A DNA stretch of 64,000 nt from an uncultured Pseudomonadota bacterium (GCA_963847705.1 CAWKBC010000030.1:288001-352000); one strand, 5' to 3'; counted from the stretch's first letter, positions 38,694 through 49,007 are shown. Numbers and translations: made by a program. Notes: generated from the sequence alone by a model not told the origin.

Positions 38694-41276
38694 ATGCCGC
38701 ACGACGCGCCGGGCTCGGCGCCTGGAGTAGACGAGGCCGGGCCACCGCAGTCGGTGGTCCCCTGGGACGAGATGCGTGCGCCCGACGGGTCGGTGCGCCC
38801 GCACTGGCGGGTGCTCGACGGCGCGCTCAAGTCGTTCGGGCCGGGCGAGATGTGGCGGCGCTGGGAGCAGGCGCGCCAGCTCATCCGCCAGCACGGCGTC
38901 ACGTTCAACGTCTACGGCGATCCGCGCGGCCTCGAGCGCCCCTGGCCGCTCGATCCGGTGCCGGTCCTGCTGTCGGCCGACGAGTTCGCCTTGCTGACCG
39001 AAGGGCTGGCGCAGCGCGCGTCGCTCCTGGACCGGCTGCTGGCGGATCTCTACGGGCCGCGGCGGACGATCGCCGAGGGGGTGATTCCGCCCGAGGTCTT
39101 TCTGGCCCACCCGAACCTCCTGCGCGCCTGCGCCGGGCTGGTGCCACCCGGGGGGCGCTTCCTGCATTTTTATGCCGCCGACCTGGCCCGCACGCCCGAC
39201 GGGTCGCTGCGGGTGCTGGCCGATCGCACGCAGGCCCCGGCCGGGGCAGGGTATGCGCTGGAGAACCGGATCGTGCTCGGGCGCGTGCTGCCGGAGGCGT
39301 TCCGCGATTCGAATGCCCAGCGGCTGGCGCTGTTCTTTCGCACGCTGCGCGAGACGCTGGCGGGCCTGGCGCCGCAGGGGGTCCTCAACCCGCGCATCGT
39401 GCTCTTGACCGCCGGGCCGCACAACGCCACCTACTTCGAGCAGGCTTTCCTGGCGCAGTACCTCGGCTATCCGCTGGTCGAGGGGGGCGATCTGACGGTG
39501 CGCGACGGGCGGGTCTTTCTGAAGACGCTGGGCGGGCTGCATCCGGTCGACGTGATCCTGCGCCGCCTGCGCGACGACTACTGCGATCCGCTCGAGCTGC
39601 GCGCCGATTCGCTCCTGGGGGTGCCGGGGCTCCTGCAGGCGGCCCGCGACGGGACGGTGGCCGTCGCCAACGCCATCGGGACGGGCGTCCTGCAGACGCC
39701 GGCGCTGATCCCCTTCTTGCCCGGGCTCTGCCGCATGCTGCTGGGTGAGGAGCTGAAGCTGACGTCGGTCGAGACCTGGTGGTGCGGTCAGGCGGAGATT
39801 CTGCAGCACGTGCTGGTGAACCTGCGCGAGATGGTGATCAAGCCGACCTATCCGCTCGGCCCCACCGATCCGATCTTCGTGGCGCGCATGGACGACGCGG
39901 CGGTGGAGACGCTGGCGGCGACCATCCGCGCCAACCCCAGCCGCTACGTGGCGCAGCGCCACATTCCGCCCTCGACGGTGCCGGTGATCGAAGGTGACGA
40001 GCTGCGCGCCCGGCCGGTGGTGCTGCGCACCTTCGTCGTCGCCGACGGCACCGAGGGTTACCAGGCGATGCCGGGCGCGCTCGGCCTGGTGGGCGGCGTG
40101 GGCGAGTCGGACATCTCGATCGCGCGCGGCGCGCGCAGCAAGGACACCTGGGTCATCAGCGGCGGCGCGGTCAGCGAGTTCACGCTGCTGCGGCCGACGG
40201 TGGAGCCGGTCGAGCTGACCCGCGGCGGCGGCGATCTGCCGAGCCGCGTGGCCGACAACTTCTTCTGGCTCGGCCGCTACGCCGAGCGGGCGGAGGCGAT
40301 CGCCCGCCTGGGGCGCATCATCTGTCTGCGGCTGGCGGAGCCGCGCGATCCCCAGCTGCTGGCCGGCGATCTGGCCCCGCTGGTCGCCTCGCTGCGCGCG
40401 CTGACCATGGTCGCTTCGGGGACCGAGCTGGCGGCGCTGCCGCCGCTGGCGGAGGTGGCGGAGTCCAACCGGATCATGCGCGAGGCGCTGTTCAACGAAG
40501 CCCTCTCCGGCTCGCTGATGGCCTCGGGGCACGCGATCGACAGGGTGTCGCGGGCCATCCGCGATCGTCTGTCGATGGACACCTGGACGGTGGTGTCGGC
40601 GCTGGCGCACGAGCTCGACGACGCGGAGCGCGGCGGCGCGGACGAGCGTCCCATCGTTTTGGGCGCCCGGCTCGATCGGGTGGTCATGATCCTGGCGGGG
40701 CTGTCCGGCTTCACGTCGGAGAGCATGACCCGCGAGGCGCCCTGGCGGTTCCTCGACATGGGGCGGCGCCTGGAACGCGCCCTCAACACCGCGCTGATGA
40801 TCGAGCGGACGCTCCCCCGCGCCACCACGAACGACGAGCTGCCGCTGCTCGAGGCGCTGCTCGACGCCGCCGACAGCGCGATGACCTACCGGCGCCGTTA
40901 CCGCGCGACGCTGCAGGTGGCACCGGTCGTCGACCTCTTGGTCGCGGACGAGCGGAACCCGCGGGCCATCGTGTTTCAGCTGGCGGCGCTGGCCGATCAC
41001 GTCGCCTCCCTGCCGCGCGACGCCGCCAGCGCCCGGCGCAGCGTCGAGGAACGGATCGCCTTCGAGGCTCTCTCCGAGATTCGCCTGGTCGACGTCGAGG
41101 CGGTCTGCGCGCTGGCGGGGGAGGGCGGGGAAGCAGGACAGGGCCGTCCGGTGCTGGGAGCGCTGCTGGTCGATCTGGTGCACAAGCTGCAGGGCCTGTC
41201 GGACGCGCTGTTCGCGGCCTACCTGACCCCGGCCACCATTTCGCGCGCGCTGGCGTCGGGGGAGATCGGCGCGTGA
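38694..41276 (+). CDS. circularly permuted ATP-grasp fused to alpha-E domain
   Basis: GVTFNVY, RPWPLDP, DRTQAPAGAGYALENR, SKDTWV, then LPSRVADNFFWLGRYAERAE, GRRLERA. Confidence 0.93.
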   Translation: MPHDAPGSAPGVDEAGPPQSVVPWDEMRAPDGSVRPHWRVLDGALKSFGPGEMWRRWEQARQLIRQHGVTFNVYGDPRGLERPWPLDPVPVLLSADEFALLTEGLAQRASLLDRLLADLYGPRRTIAEGVIPPEVFLAHPNLLRACAGLVPPGGRFLHFYAADLARTPDGSLRVLADRTQAPAGAGYALENRIVLGRVLPEAFRDSNAQRLALFFRTLRETLAGLAPQGVLNPRIVLLTAGPHNATYFEQAFLAQYLGYPLVEGGDLTVRDGRVFLKTLGGLHPVDVILRRLRDDYCDPLELRADSLLGVPGLLQAARDGTVAVANAIGTGVLQTPALIPFLPGLCRMLLGEELKLTSVETWWCGQAEILQHVLVNLREMVIKPTYPLGPTDPIFVARMDDAAVETLAATIRANPSRYVAQRHIPPSTVPVIEGDELRARPVVLRTFVVADGTEGYQAMPGALGLVGGVGESDISIARGARSKDTWVISGGAVSEFTLLRPTVEPVELTRGGGDLPSRVADNFFWLGRYAERAEAIARLGRIICLRLAEPRDPQLLAGDLAPLVASLRALTMVASGTELAALPPLAEVAESNRIMREALFNEALSGSLMASGHAIDRVSRAIRDRLSMDTWTVVSALAHELDDAERGGADERPIVLGARLDRVVMILAGLSGFTSESMTREAPWRFLDMGRRLERALNTALMIERTLPRATTNDELPLLEALLDAADSAMTYRRRYRATLQVAPVVDLLVADERNPRAIVFQLAALADHVASLPRDAASARRSVEERIAFEALSEIRLVDVEAVCALAGEGGEAGQGRPVLGALLVDLVHKLQGLSDALFAAYLTPATISRALASGEIGA

Positions 41277-42154
41277 TCTACCGGGTCAAGCACATCACCG
41301 AGTACCACTACAGCGTGCCGGTCTCGACCTCGCACCACGAGCTGCACGTCCTCATGCGCGGGTCGACGCGCCAGCGGATCCGCGCCGAATCGCTGACCGT
41401 CGACCCCTGGCCCGCGGTGCGGCGCGATCGCTTCGACTGGTTCGGCAACCGCGCCACCCACCTGGCGATCCACGAGCGTCACAGCGACCTGGCCGTCACC
41501 TCGGAGACGGAGCTGGAGGTGACCGCGCCGCCCCCCCTGCCGAACGAGGGAGGGCCCTGGGAGGCGACCCGCGATTGGGTTCGCGCCGCGGCCGACCCCG
41601 AGGCGCGCGCGGCCTTCGAATGGATCCTGCGATCGCCCCACGTCGAGCTCTCCGCGGCGGCGCGTGACTTCGCCGAGCCGTCGTTTCCGGCGGGGCGTCC
41701 GCTGGCGGAGGCGGCGCGCGATCTCATGACCCGGATTCACGAGGCGCTGGTCTACGACCAGACCGCCACCGACGTCTCGACCTCGGTCGACGAGGTGTTG
41801 CGCGGCGGACGCGGCGTCTGCCAGGACTTCGCGCACGTCCAGATCGCCGGGATGCGCGCGCTGGGGCTGCCGGCCCGCTACGTGAGCGGCTACCTGGTGA
41901 CCGCGCCGGAGCCGGGCAAGCCCCGCCTGGTCGGCGCCGACGCCTCGCACGCCTGGCTGTCGGTGCGCTCGCCGGCCTTCGGCTGGCTGGATCTCGACCC
42001 GACCAACGACGTCGTCCCCACCGATCGCCACGTCGTCGTCGCCTACGGGCGCGACTTCGACGACGTGACCCCGATGCGCGGGGTGCTGCTCGGTGGGGGG
42101 CGCCACCAGCTTCACGTGTCGGTCGACGTCGAGCCCGTGGATTCGGGCTCCTGA
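41273..42154 (+). CDS. transglutaminase-family protein with bacterial N-terminal domain
   Basis: YRVKHITEYHY, DWFGN, GVCQDFAH, ARYVSGY, ASHAW, DPTN, GRDFDDV; Cys-His-Asp triad intact. Confidence 0.95.
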   Translation: MIYRVKHITEYHYSVPVSTSHHELHVLMRGSTRQRIRAESLTVDPWPAVRRDRFDWFGNRATHLAIHERHSDLAVTSETELEVTAPPPLPNEGGPWEATRDWVRAAADPEARAAFEWILRSPHVELSAAARDFAEPSFPAGRPLAEAARDLMTRIHEALVYDQTATDVSTSVDEVLRGGRGVCQDFAHVQIAGMRALGLPARYVSGYLVTAPEPGKPRLVGADASHAWLSVRSPAFGWLDLDPTNDVVPTDRHVVVAYGRDFDDVTPMRGVLLGGGRHQLHVSVDVEPVDSGS

Positions 42155-42167
42155 GCGCGTCGACGGC

Positions 42168-43131
42168 TCAGCGCCGCCGGCGCGAAGGCCTCGAGCTCTG
42201 CAGCTGTCTGCGCACCTCGCCCACGACGTCGATCAACGGTCGCAGCAGGGGGGACCGCGCGGCGTCGGCCCGCCAGACCGCGATGTCGCACACCTCGACG
42301 CCGAGATCCGTCAGCGGCCGCCACACCGCGGACCCCGGATCGAGAGCGCCCGGGCGATCGATCGCTGCGCCGGCATCGAGAAACCGAGCCCCGTTCTCGG
42401 CCGCGAACGTCATGCCGAGTCCACTCGAGACCAGCGCCCACACGGCTTCGCCGTCGCCGACCTCCGGCGCCAGGGTCAACACCACGCCGTGGGCGCGGAC
42501 AGCCGCGATGATGTCGTCGTACAACCGCGGTCGCAGCCGCCGCGGCCCCATCAGAGATCGATTCATTCGCCAGATCCCGGACCTTGAGCTTGGCCTTCCT
42601 GGCGAGGCGATGCGCTTTCGGCAGCCGGATCCCCATTCGCGTTCGCGACAGCACCACGCTGCGCAACGACGCATCGTCTGGGAGCTCGTTGGTGTAGGCG
42701 AGCGCGATGTCACCGCGCCGCAGCGCCTCCCACTGTTCGGTGCTGATCATCGGCAGGAGCTTCACGCTCACGCGCGGTTGCCGCCTTCGAAGCTCGGTGA
42801 CGATCGTCGAAAGACATCCGAGGTATCCCGCTCCCGGCTCGAAGCCGATCCCGATCGTGCCGATCCTTCCGTCCGTCGCCTCGCGCGCCTCCCCCATGGC
42901 CGCCTCCACGGCCGCCAGAATCCCCTTGGCCCTGTGCAGGAACATGCGTCCGGCCAGCGTCAGTTTCACGCCCCGCCCCGAGGGTACAAAGAGGTCGACG
43001 CCGATCTCTTCTCTCAGCTGCTGCATCTGGCGGCTGAGGGGCGACTGGGAGACGTGCACCTTCTCGGACGCGCGGTGGAAGTTCTCTTCCTCGGCGACCG
43101 CCACGAAGTAGCGCAGGTGACGAAGCTCCAC
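42168..43131 (-). CDS. LysR-family regulator, frameshifted near 42554
   Basis: LRHLRYFVAVAEEENFHRASEKVHVSQSPLSRQ HTH; C-terminal ALVSSGLG...PL in the second frame. Confidence 0.85.
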
Positions 43132-43165
43132 GCGACTCGACCTCCAGGCTGGGGAAAAAGAGACT

Positions 43166-43196
43166 AAGACCTAGCAGGTCTTGAAAGGCCCTTCAA
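43166..43196. promoter_or_regulatory. two adjacent inverted repeats in the LysR divergent intergenic region (candidate operator)
   Basis: AAGACCT-AGC-AGGTCTT and TTGAA-AGGCCC-TTCAA. Confidence 0.5.
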
Positions 43197-43241
43197 CAAT
43201 GTCTTGGACCCCCGAGGACCCGAAGACGCAGGATCGGGCGC

Positions 43242-43425
43242 ATGAAGGCAGTTCGATACAGCGAATACGGAGGGCCGGAGGTTCTGCGCGTCGTCGAGAT
43301 CGCCGCGCCGCACCCCGGCCCCGGCCAGGTGCCGATCGCAGTCCGGGCCGCCGGCCCCGCAGGGGGGGACGCGGCCCTCGATCTCGCCGGCCCGGGGATC
43401 ATTCGCGTCGCCGGGGAGCTTGACG
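43242..43425 (+). pseudogene. internally deleted NADP-dependent oxidoreductase (MDR/quinone oxidoreductase family)
   Basis: MKAVRYSEYGGPEVL...VRAAG joins directly to a late-domain piece DAALDLAG, then runs out of frame into the efflux gene. Confidence 0.75.
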
Positions 43426-44613
43426 ATGCGCAGACCTCTGGTGGTCATCTTCGCCACCATCGCCCTCGACGCCGTGGGCATCGGGCTGGTGTTCCCGATT
43501 CTTCCGCGGCTCCTCGAGGAGGTGACGCACACCCGGAACATCGCCCCCTTGATCGGGGTGGTGACCGCGCTCTATGCCGTCGTGCAGTTCGTCTTCGCGC
43601 CCGTGCTCGGCGCGCTGAGCGACAAGCTCGGCAGGCGTCCCGTGCTCCTGGTGTCGCTGGCGGGGGCGACGATCAACTACGTCATCATGGCGTTCGCGCC
43701 GCAGCTCTGGATGCTGATGGTCGGCCGCGCCGTCGCTGGCTTGACCAGCGCCAATGTCTCGGTGGCAACCGCCTACATCACCGACATCTCTCCCCAGGAC
43801 CAGCGAGCCCGTCGCTTCGGCCTCTCCAACGCCATGTTCGGCATCGGCTTCATCATCGGGCCGGTTCTGGGCGGACTGCTCGGGGACGCCTGGCTGCGGC
43901 TCCCCTTCATCGCCGCCGCCGCGCTGAACGCCTGCAATCTCCTGCTGGCGTTGTTCATTCTGCCGGAGTCCCGCCCGCCGAACCGCCAGAAGCTCGATCT
44001 GGCCGCGCTCAATCCGCTTCGGCCGCTGCGCTGGGTCTTCTCGATGAAGGCCCTCTTGCCCATCATCCTGGTGTTCTTCCTCTTGAGCGGGAGCGGAGAG
44101 GCCTACGGCACCTGCTGGGCCTTGTGGGGCTTCGACGCGTTCCACTGGAATGGTCGTTGGATCGGCCTCTCGCTCGGGACGTTCGGGGTCTGCCAGACGC
44201 TGGTGCAGGCGCTCTTGCCCGGTCCGGCAACCAAGCGGCTCGGCGAACCTGGCGCCGTCGTCGTCGGACTCGCCTGCGCCTGCGTCGCCCTTTGCGCCAT
44301 GGCCTTTGCCAGGCAAGGCTGGGTCGTCTTTGCCGTCATGCCCCTCTTCGCGCTCGGGGGCATCGGCACACCGGCGCTTCAGTCGCGAGCGACCCGGCTG
44401 GTCGACCCCGCCCGCCAGGGCCAGTTCCAGGGGGTGCTGGCCTCGGCCGTGAGCCTGGCGTCCATCGTGGCGCCGCTCGCTTTCTCGACCTTCTACTTCG
44501 TCGTGCGGAAGGCGTGGCCTGGAGCCATCTGGCTCTCGGTGGTCGTCGTCAATGCCCTGGCCGTCCCGCTGATCGTTCTCGGCACCCGGACCGCCCGCCC
44601 TGCCGGGAGCTAA
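43426..44613 (+). CDS. TetA-like (TCR/Tet, DHA1) MFS efflux pump
   Basis: LDAVGIGLVFPILP, LGALSDKLGRRPVLL, GRAVAGLTSAN, GFIIGPVLGGLLG, LPES, GGIGTPALQ, QGQFQG. Confidence 0.88.
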   Translation: MRRPLVVIFATIALDAVGIGLVFPILPRLLEEVTHTRNIAPLIGVVTALYAVVQFVFAPVLGALSDKLGRRPVLLVSLAGATINYVIMAFAPQLWMLMVGRAVAGLTSANVSVATAYITDISPQDQRARRFGLSNAMFGIGFIIGPVLGGLLGDAWLRLPFIAAAALNACNLLLALFILPESRPPNRQKLDLAALNPLRPLRWVFSMKALLPIILVFFLLSGSGEAYGTCWALWGFDAFHWNGRWIGLSLGTFGVCQTLVQALLPGPATKRLGEPGAVVVGLACACVALCAMAFARQGWVVFAVMPLFALGGIGTPALQSRATRLVDPARQGQFQGVLASAVSLASIVAPLAFSTFYFVVRKAWPGAIWLSVVVVNALAVPLIVLGTRTARPAGS

Positions 44614-47318
44614 CCGGCGTTTCTCAGCCCGGCGGCGATGCCGATGATGGACATCATGAGCGCCCGTTCGAGCCGCGGGCGTTCGGGCGCGTCGGCGGGC
44701 GCGGCGCGGTAGCGGGCGAGCAGCTCGATCTGCAGCTGGCTGATCGGATCGATGTAGGGGTCGCGCAGCTCGATCTGACGCGCCAGCACCGGGTGCCGCG
44801 CCAGGAGCGGCGACTCGAAGGTCTCCTCCAGCGCGGCGCGCGCGCGCGCGTAGGCGTCGGCCAGCAGCGGAAAGAAGCGCTCGCCGAGCTCGGGGTTGCA
44901 GAGCCGCAGGTAGCCGCGTGTCACCTCCGGGTCCCCCTTGGCGACCGCCGTGGCGGCGCTGTCCAGGGTGGAGGCGAAGAAGGGCCAGCTGCGGAAGAGC
45001 TGTCGCCGCAGCGGCAGGGGGATGGTCGCCAGTCCTTCGGCGACTCCGTAGAAGGCCGGGAGCGGCAGCCGGACCTGCGACCAGGACATCACCCAGGGGA
45101 TGGCGCGCAGGTCGGTGATCTCGCGGACGCGCCCCGAACGGTAGACCGGGCGGCTGGCGATCTGCAGGACGCCGATCTCCCGGATCGGGGTGAGCTGCTC
45201 GTAAAATTCGAAGAAGCCCGGCTGCGCGAACAGCGAACGGTAGGCGCTGGCCGAGGCCCGCGAGGCCTGCTCCAGCGCCTCGCGCCAGGTGGGATCGAGC
45301 GCCGTGCCGTCGTCGCGCGCGTCGCGCGCTGCCGCCTGCCCCAGGTGAAACAGGAGCTGCTCCAGGTTCCGGTGCGCCAGATCGGACTGGCTGTAGCGAT
45401 CGGCCAGCGCCTCTCCCTGCTCGGTCAGGCGCAGCCGCGCGCCGACGGTGCCGGGCGGCAAGCTGGCGATGGCGCGCCCGGCGCTGCCGCCGCCGCGCGC
45501 GGTGGAGGTGCCGCGCCCGTGAAAGAACCAGACCTTCACGTCGAAGGGGCGCGCCGCCGCGGTGATCGACTCCTGGGCCTTGAAGAGCGCCCAGTTGGCG
45601 GCCAGGAATCCGGCGTCCTTGTTGGAGTCGGAGTAGCCGATCATCACCTCGAGGCCGCGGCGCCCGCGCACGTGCGCCAGAAAGAGCGGGTTGTCGAGGA
45701 GGCGGGTGACCGTGGCGGCCCCGCTCTCCAGATCGGCCAGGGTCTCGAACAGCGGCACGATGTCGAAGGGGAGCGCCGCCTGCGGGCGGTAGAGCCCCAC
45801 CTCGCGCGCCAGCACCATCACCTCCAGCAGATCCGACGGGGCGTGGGTCATGCTGACGACGTAGGCGCCGCGCGCGCGCCAGACCCGCAGCGCGCCCAGC
45901 GCCACCTCCAGCGCGCGGGTGGTCGGCACGTGGCCGATCGGCGCCAGCGGCCGGGCGGAGGCGAGCTCGCGGGTGAGCAGCGCCTCGCGCGCGTCGCGAT
46001 CGAGCGCCTCGTAGTCCTCGCAGACCCCGCCCACCCGCATGAGCTCGGCGACGGCCGCGCCGTGCGCCCGCGACTCCTCGCGCAGATCGAGCGTGACCAG
46101 ATCCAGCCCGAAGACCTGCGCCCGCAGCGAGATCGGCCGGACCTCGGTGGTCGCCGCGCCCGCCAGGCCGATCCGGCCGAGCCCGCCGGTGATCGTCTTC
46201 AGATCGCCGAGCAGGTCCCGCGCCTCCTGGTACTTCGGCCGATCGTCGTTGGCCAGCAGCGCGCGCAGCTTCTGGACCATGCCGAGGCAGAGGCAGCGAA
46301 ACGGCTCGTTCTGGAGCGTGGGCGGAATCTCCAGCCCCGACAGCGCGTCGGCGATCTCGAGCTGCAGCGTCTCGGGCAGCTTCACGCGCTGATCGGAGAG
46401 GGAGAGGACGCGCGCCAGGCGCTCGAGCTCGCTCACGTAGAGCGGCAAGACCTCCGCCCGGGCGAACTGCTGCGCCCAGGCGGTCACGGGGGGCAGCACC
46501 TTGGGGTTGCCGTCGCGATCGCCGCCGATCCAGCTGCGGAACACCACGGGCGGCGGCAGCGTCGGCCGCTCGCCGTAGTGCGTCTCGACCGCCCGCTCGA
46601 TCTCGTCGACCAGCCGCGGGACCACCGACCAGAGGACCGTCGGCAAATAGACCAGGCCTCCCCGCGCTTCATCCTCGACGCTGGGGCGCGCGTTGTGCAG
46701 CTCGGAGGTCCCCCAGAGGAGCGCCACGCGCGCCTGGAGGTTCGCGCGCGCGCCGCGGGCGCCGTCGCGAAGGTTGTCGAGCGCCGAGGCGATGTCGGCC
46801 AGATGGCCGCGCACGGTCCAGCGCCGCGTCTCGGTCGGGTGGGCGGTGAAGGTCAGATGCAGCCGCAGCGACCCGAGGAGGCTGACCGCTTCCTCGTAGC
46901 TCCAGCCCTGCTCCTTCAGCGAGCCGACCAGCGCCAGCAGCGACTCCCGGCGCGGCGCCCCGGCGACGCTGGCGGCGTCGCGCGCCGCATTCACCCGCAT
47001 GCGGTGGCGCTCTTCGGCGGTGTTCGCCAGGTGCAGGTAGACGGAGAAGGCGCGCACCAGCCCCTCGGCGTCCTCGAGAGACAGCGCGCCGACGAGCTCG
47101 CGCCAGCGGGCACCCGAGGCCACGTGCGAGGCCGGGCCGGCGGCCGCGCCGCCGCGCCGCGCCTCCTTGGTCAGGGCCCGCACCGCCTCCTCGTGGGCGA
47201 AGAGCGCGTCGCCCGAGAGCGTGCGGATCGCCTCGCCGAGCGCGTTCCCGAGCTCGTTCACCTCTCCCCGCAGGATCGCGAACCACTCCTCCGGGGTCCG
47301 CGCGACGGGCTCGCTCAT
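44610..47318 (-). CDS. ppc: phosphoenolpyruvate carboxylase
   Basis: TAHPTE, SWIGGDRDGNP, VMIGYSDSNKDAG, FHGRG, TEQGE, LRAIPW, GIAAGLRNAG. Confidence 0.97.
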   Translation of the reverse strand: MSEPVARTPEEWFAILRGEVNELGNALGEAIRTLSGDALFAHEEAVRALTKEARRGGAAAGPASHVASGARWRELVGALSLEDAEGLVRAFSVYLHLANTAEERHRMRVNAARDAASVAGAPRRESLLALVGSLKEQGWSYEEAVSLLGSLRLHLTFTAHPTETRRWTVRGHLADIASALDNLRDGARGARANLQARVALLWGTSELHNARPSVEDEARGGLVYLPTVLWSVVPRLVDEIERAVETHYGERPTLPPPVVFRSWIGGDRDGNPKVLPPVTAWAQQFARAEVLPLYVSELERLARVLSLSDQRVKLPETLQLEIADALSGLEIPPTLQNEPFRCLCLGMVQKLRALLANDDRPKYQEARDLLGDLKTITGGLGRIGLAGAATTEVRPISLRAQVFGLDLVTLDLREESRAHGAAVAELMRVGGVCEDYEALDRDAREALLTRELASARPLAPIGHVPTTRALEVALGALRVWRARGAYVVSMTHAPSDLLEVMVLAREVGLYRPQAALPFDIVPLFETLADLESGAATVTRLLDNPLFLAHVRGRRGLEVMIGYSDSNKDAGFLAANWALFKAQESITAAARPFDVKVWFFHGRGTSTARGGGSAGRAIASLPPGTVGARLRLTEQGEALADRYSQSDLAHRNLEQLLFHLGQAAARDARDDGTALDPTWREALEQASRASASAYRSLFAQPGFFEFYEQLTPIREIGVLQIASRPVYRSGRVREITDLRAIPWVMSWSQVRLPLPAFYGVAEGLATIPLPLRRQLFRSWPFFASTLDSAATAVAKGDPEVTRGYLRLCNPELGERFFPLLADAYARARAALEETFESPLLARHPVLARQIELRDPYIDPISQLQIELLARYRAAPADAPERPRLERALMMSIIGIAAGLRNAG

Positions 47319-47376
47319 GGCTCTGACATTGCAACGAACCGGCCGCCGAAACCAGCAGCAGATTGTTAATTCAGTG

Positions 47377-48327
47377 TCAGCCTGGCGTGGGGAGCCGGGA
47401 CCAGATCGTCCCCTCGTGCCGGGGGGGGAACTGGTCGGGGTGCAGCATCTCCGCCAGGATCTCGGGCGTATCGAACAGCATCGGCCCCGAACGGTTGAAG
47501 TAGAAATTGCCGTCGGCCGCGAAGGCCCGCCCGGCCCGGACCGCGGTCAGCTCGCGCCATCCCGGCCGGTCCGTCAGGGCGGGGAGCTCGGCCAGCGTGC
47601 GCGTCAGGTCGAAGCCGCAGGGCGCGACGACGATCACCTCCGGGTCGGCCATGGCGAGGGCCTCGAACGGCAACGTCGTCGAGTGCGCGCCCGGCGCGCT
47701 CAGCAGGCTCTGACCGCCGGCGATTTCGACGATTTCCGGCCCCCAGTTCCCCATCTCGAAGAGGGGCTCGATCCACTCGAGGCAGGCGACGCGTGCGCGC
47801 CGCAGCGACCTGGTGAGGGCGGCGACCGCGGCCAGCCGGGCGCGAATGTCCGCCGCCAGGGCGCGCCCCGCCTCCGCCGCGTCGAGCACCTCGGCGACGC
47901 GGACGAACCCCTCGAGGATCCCGTCGACGGTGCCGGTGGCGAGCGCGACGACCTGATGTCGCTCCAACTTCGCGGTGACGCCGTGCGCCAGGTCGGCGGG
48001 GCTGACCGCGCAAACCTCACAATGGGTCTGGGTGATGATGATGTCGGGCGCGAGCGCGGCCAGCTGGATCTCGTCCACCTCGTAAAGAGGCAGGCCGGCG
48101 TGCAACCGCTCGCGCACGCGCGCGTCGATCTCGGCGCTGGTGCCGTGGAAATCGAACGCCGGCCGAGACAGCGCCGGCAGCCGCTTCACCCAGGCCGGGT
48201 GGTCGCACTCGTGCGACCGCCCGACCAGACGGTCGCCCAGCCCGAGCGCCGCCACCAGCTCGGTGCCGCTCGCCAGCAGCGAGACGATCCGGCGAGCCGG
48301 CGTGGCCGCGGGGCTCGCGGCGGTCAC
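47377..48327 (-). CDS. BtuF-like (cobalamin/Fe-siderophore) binding-fold protein without a signal peptide
   Basis: RIVSLLASGTE, GRSHECD, QTHCEVCAV, LEWIEP, FNRSGP. Confidence 0.85.
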   Translation of the reverse strand: MTAASPAATPARRIVSLLASGTELVAALGLGDRLVGRSHECDHPAWVKRLPALSRPAFDFHGTSAEIDARVRERLHAGLPLYEVDEIQLAALAPDIIITQTHCEVCAVSPADLAHGVTAKLERHQVVALATGTVDGILEGFVRVAEVLDAAEAGRALAADIRARLAAVAALTRSLRRARVACLEWIEPLFEMGNWGPEIVEIAGGQSLLSAPGAHSTTLPFEALAMADPEVIVVAPCGFDLTRTLAELPALTDRPGWRELTAVRAGRAFAADGNFYFNRSGPMLFDTPEILAEMLHPDQFPPRHEGTIWSRLPTPG

Positions 48328-49007
48328 CCCACGGCCTCCGAGGGCAGCAGATCCGCGAACACGAAGCCGTCGCGGGTGACCACCTCACCAGCACGAATCG
48401 GCACGGGGCGGCGGAACATCGGGCCGTCGTAGGTGAAGGTGTGAAACTCGCCGCGCTCGCCGCAGGGATCGACCGACGCCGGCAGCTCGGCGAGCAGCGC
48501 GGCGTCGAACTCACGCCCGGCGAAGCGGGCGTCGAGGCTCTTTGGATCGACGCAGGTCAGGCGGGCGCGTAGGCCGCCCGCGACCATCCGTTGCGCCAGC
48601 GCGTCGGTCGGCGTCCCCCAGATCGGGAAGAGAGGCGCGATGCCGGTCGGCGCCAGGCGCTCCTCGCGGTAGCGTCGGACGTCCTCGAGAAAGAGATCGC
48701 CGAAGGCAACGTGCCTGATTCCGTCGGCCTGGGCGCGCGCCATCGCCGCGTTCATCGCCGCCTCGTACTCCGCGTTGCTGCAGGGCCAGGGGATCAGCAC
48801 CGGCCACAGCGGCAAATCGGCGGCGTCGGCCTGGGCGCGCAGGAGCTCGGTCCGGACCGCGTGCATCGCCACCCGGTCGAACGCTTCGTTGATCGTCGTC
48901 AGCAGCCCGACGACCTCCACCTCGGCCTGCACGCGCAGGACGTGCAGCGACCAGGCGCTGTCCTTGCCGCTGCTCCAGGCCAGGAGGGCCTTCGGTTTCA
49001 CGCTCAC
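48324..49007 (-). CDS. PP-loop ATP pyrophosphatase (Dph6/MJ0570 family)
   Basis: WSSGKDS, MHAVR, FGDLFLED, DPCGERGEFHT; GTGA overlap with the BtuF-like gene. Confidence 0.9.
   Translation of the reverse strand: MSVKPKALLAWSSGKDSAWSLHVLRVQAEVEVVGLLTTINEAFDRVAMHAVRTELLRAQADAADLPLWPVLIPWPCSNAEYEAAMNAAMARAQADGIRHVAFGDLFLEDVRRYREERLAPTGIAPLFPIWGTPTDALAQRMVAGGLRARLTCVDPKSLDARFAGREFDAALLAELPASVDPCGERGEFHTFTYDGPMFRRPVPIRAGEVVTRDGFVFADLLPSEAVG

Noticed and set aside
38610-41183. 857-aa minus-strand ORF and similar long antisense ORFs (e.g. 55152..56849, 60400..62934)
   Set aside because: Antisense shadows of well-supported genes, Arg/Gly/His-rich with no motifs
43242-47369. 1375-aa plus-strand ORF
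   Set aside because: Oxidoreductase remnant running off-frame through the efflux gene and antisense to ppc; a high-GC shadow ORF
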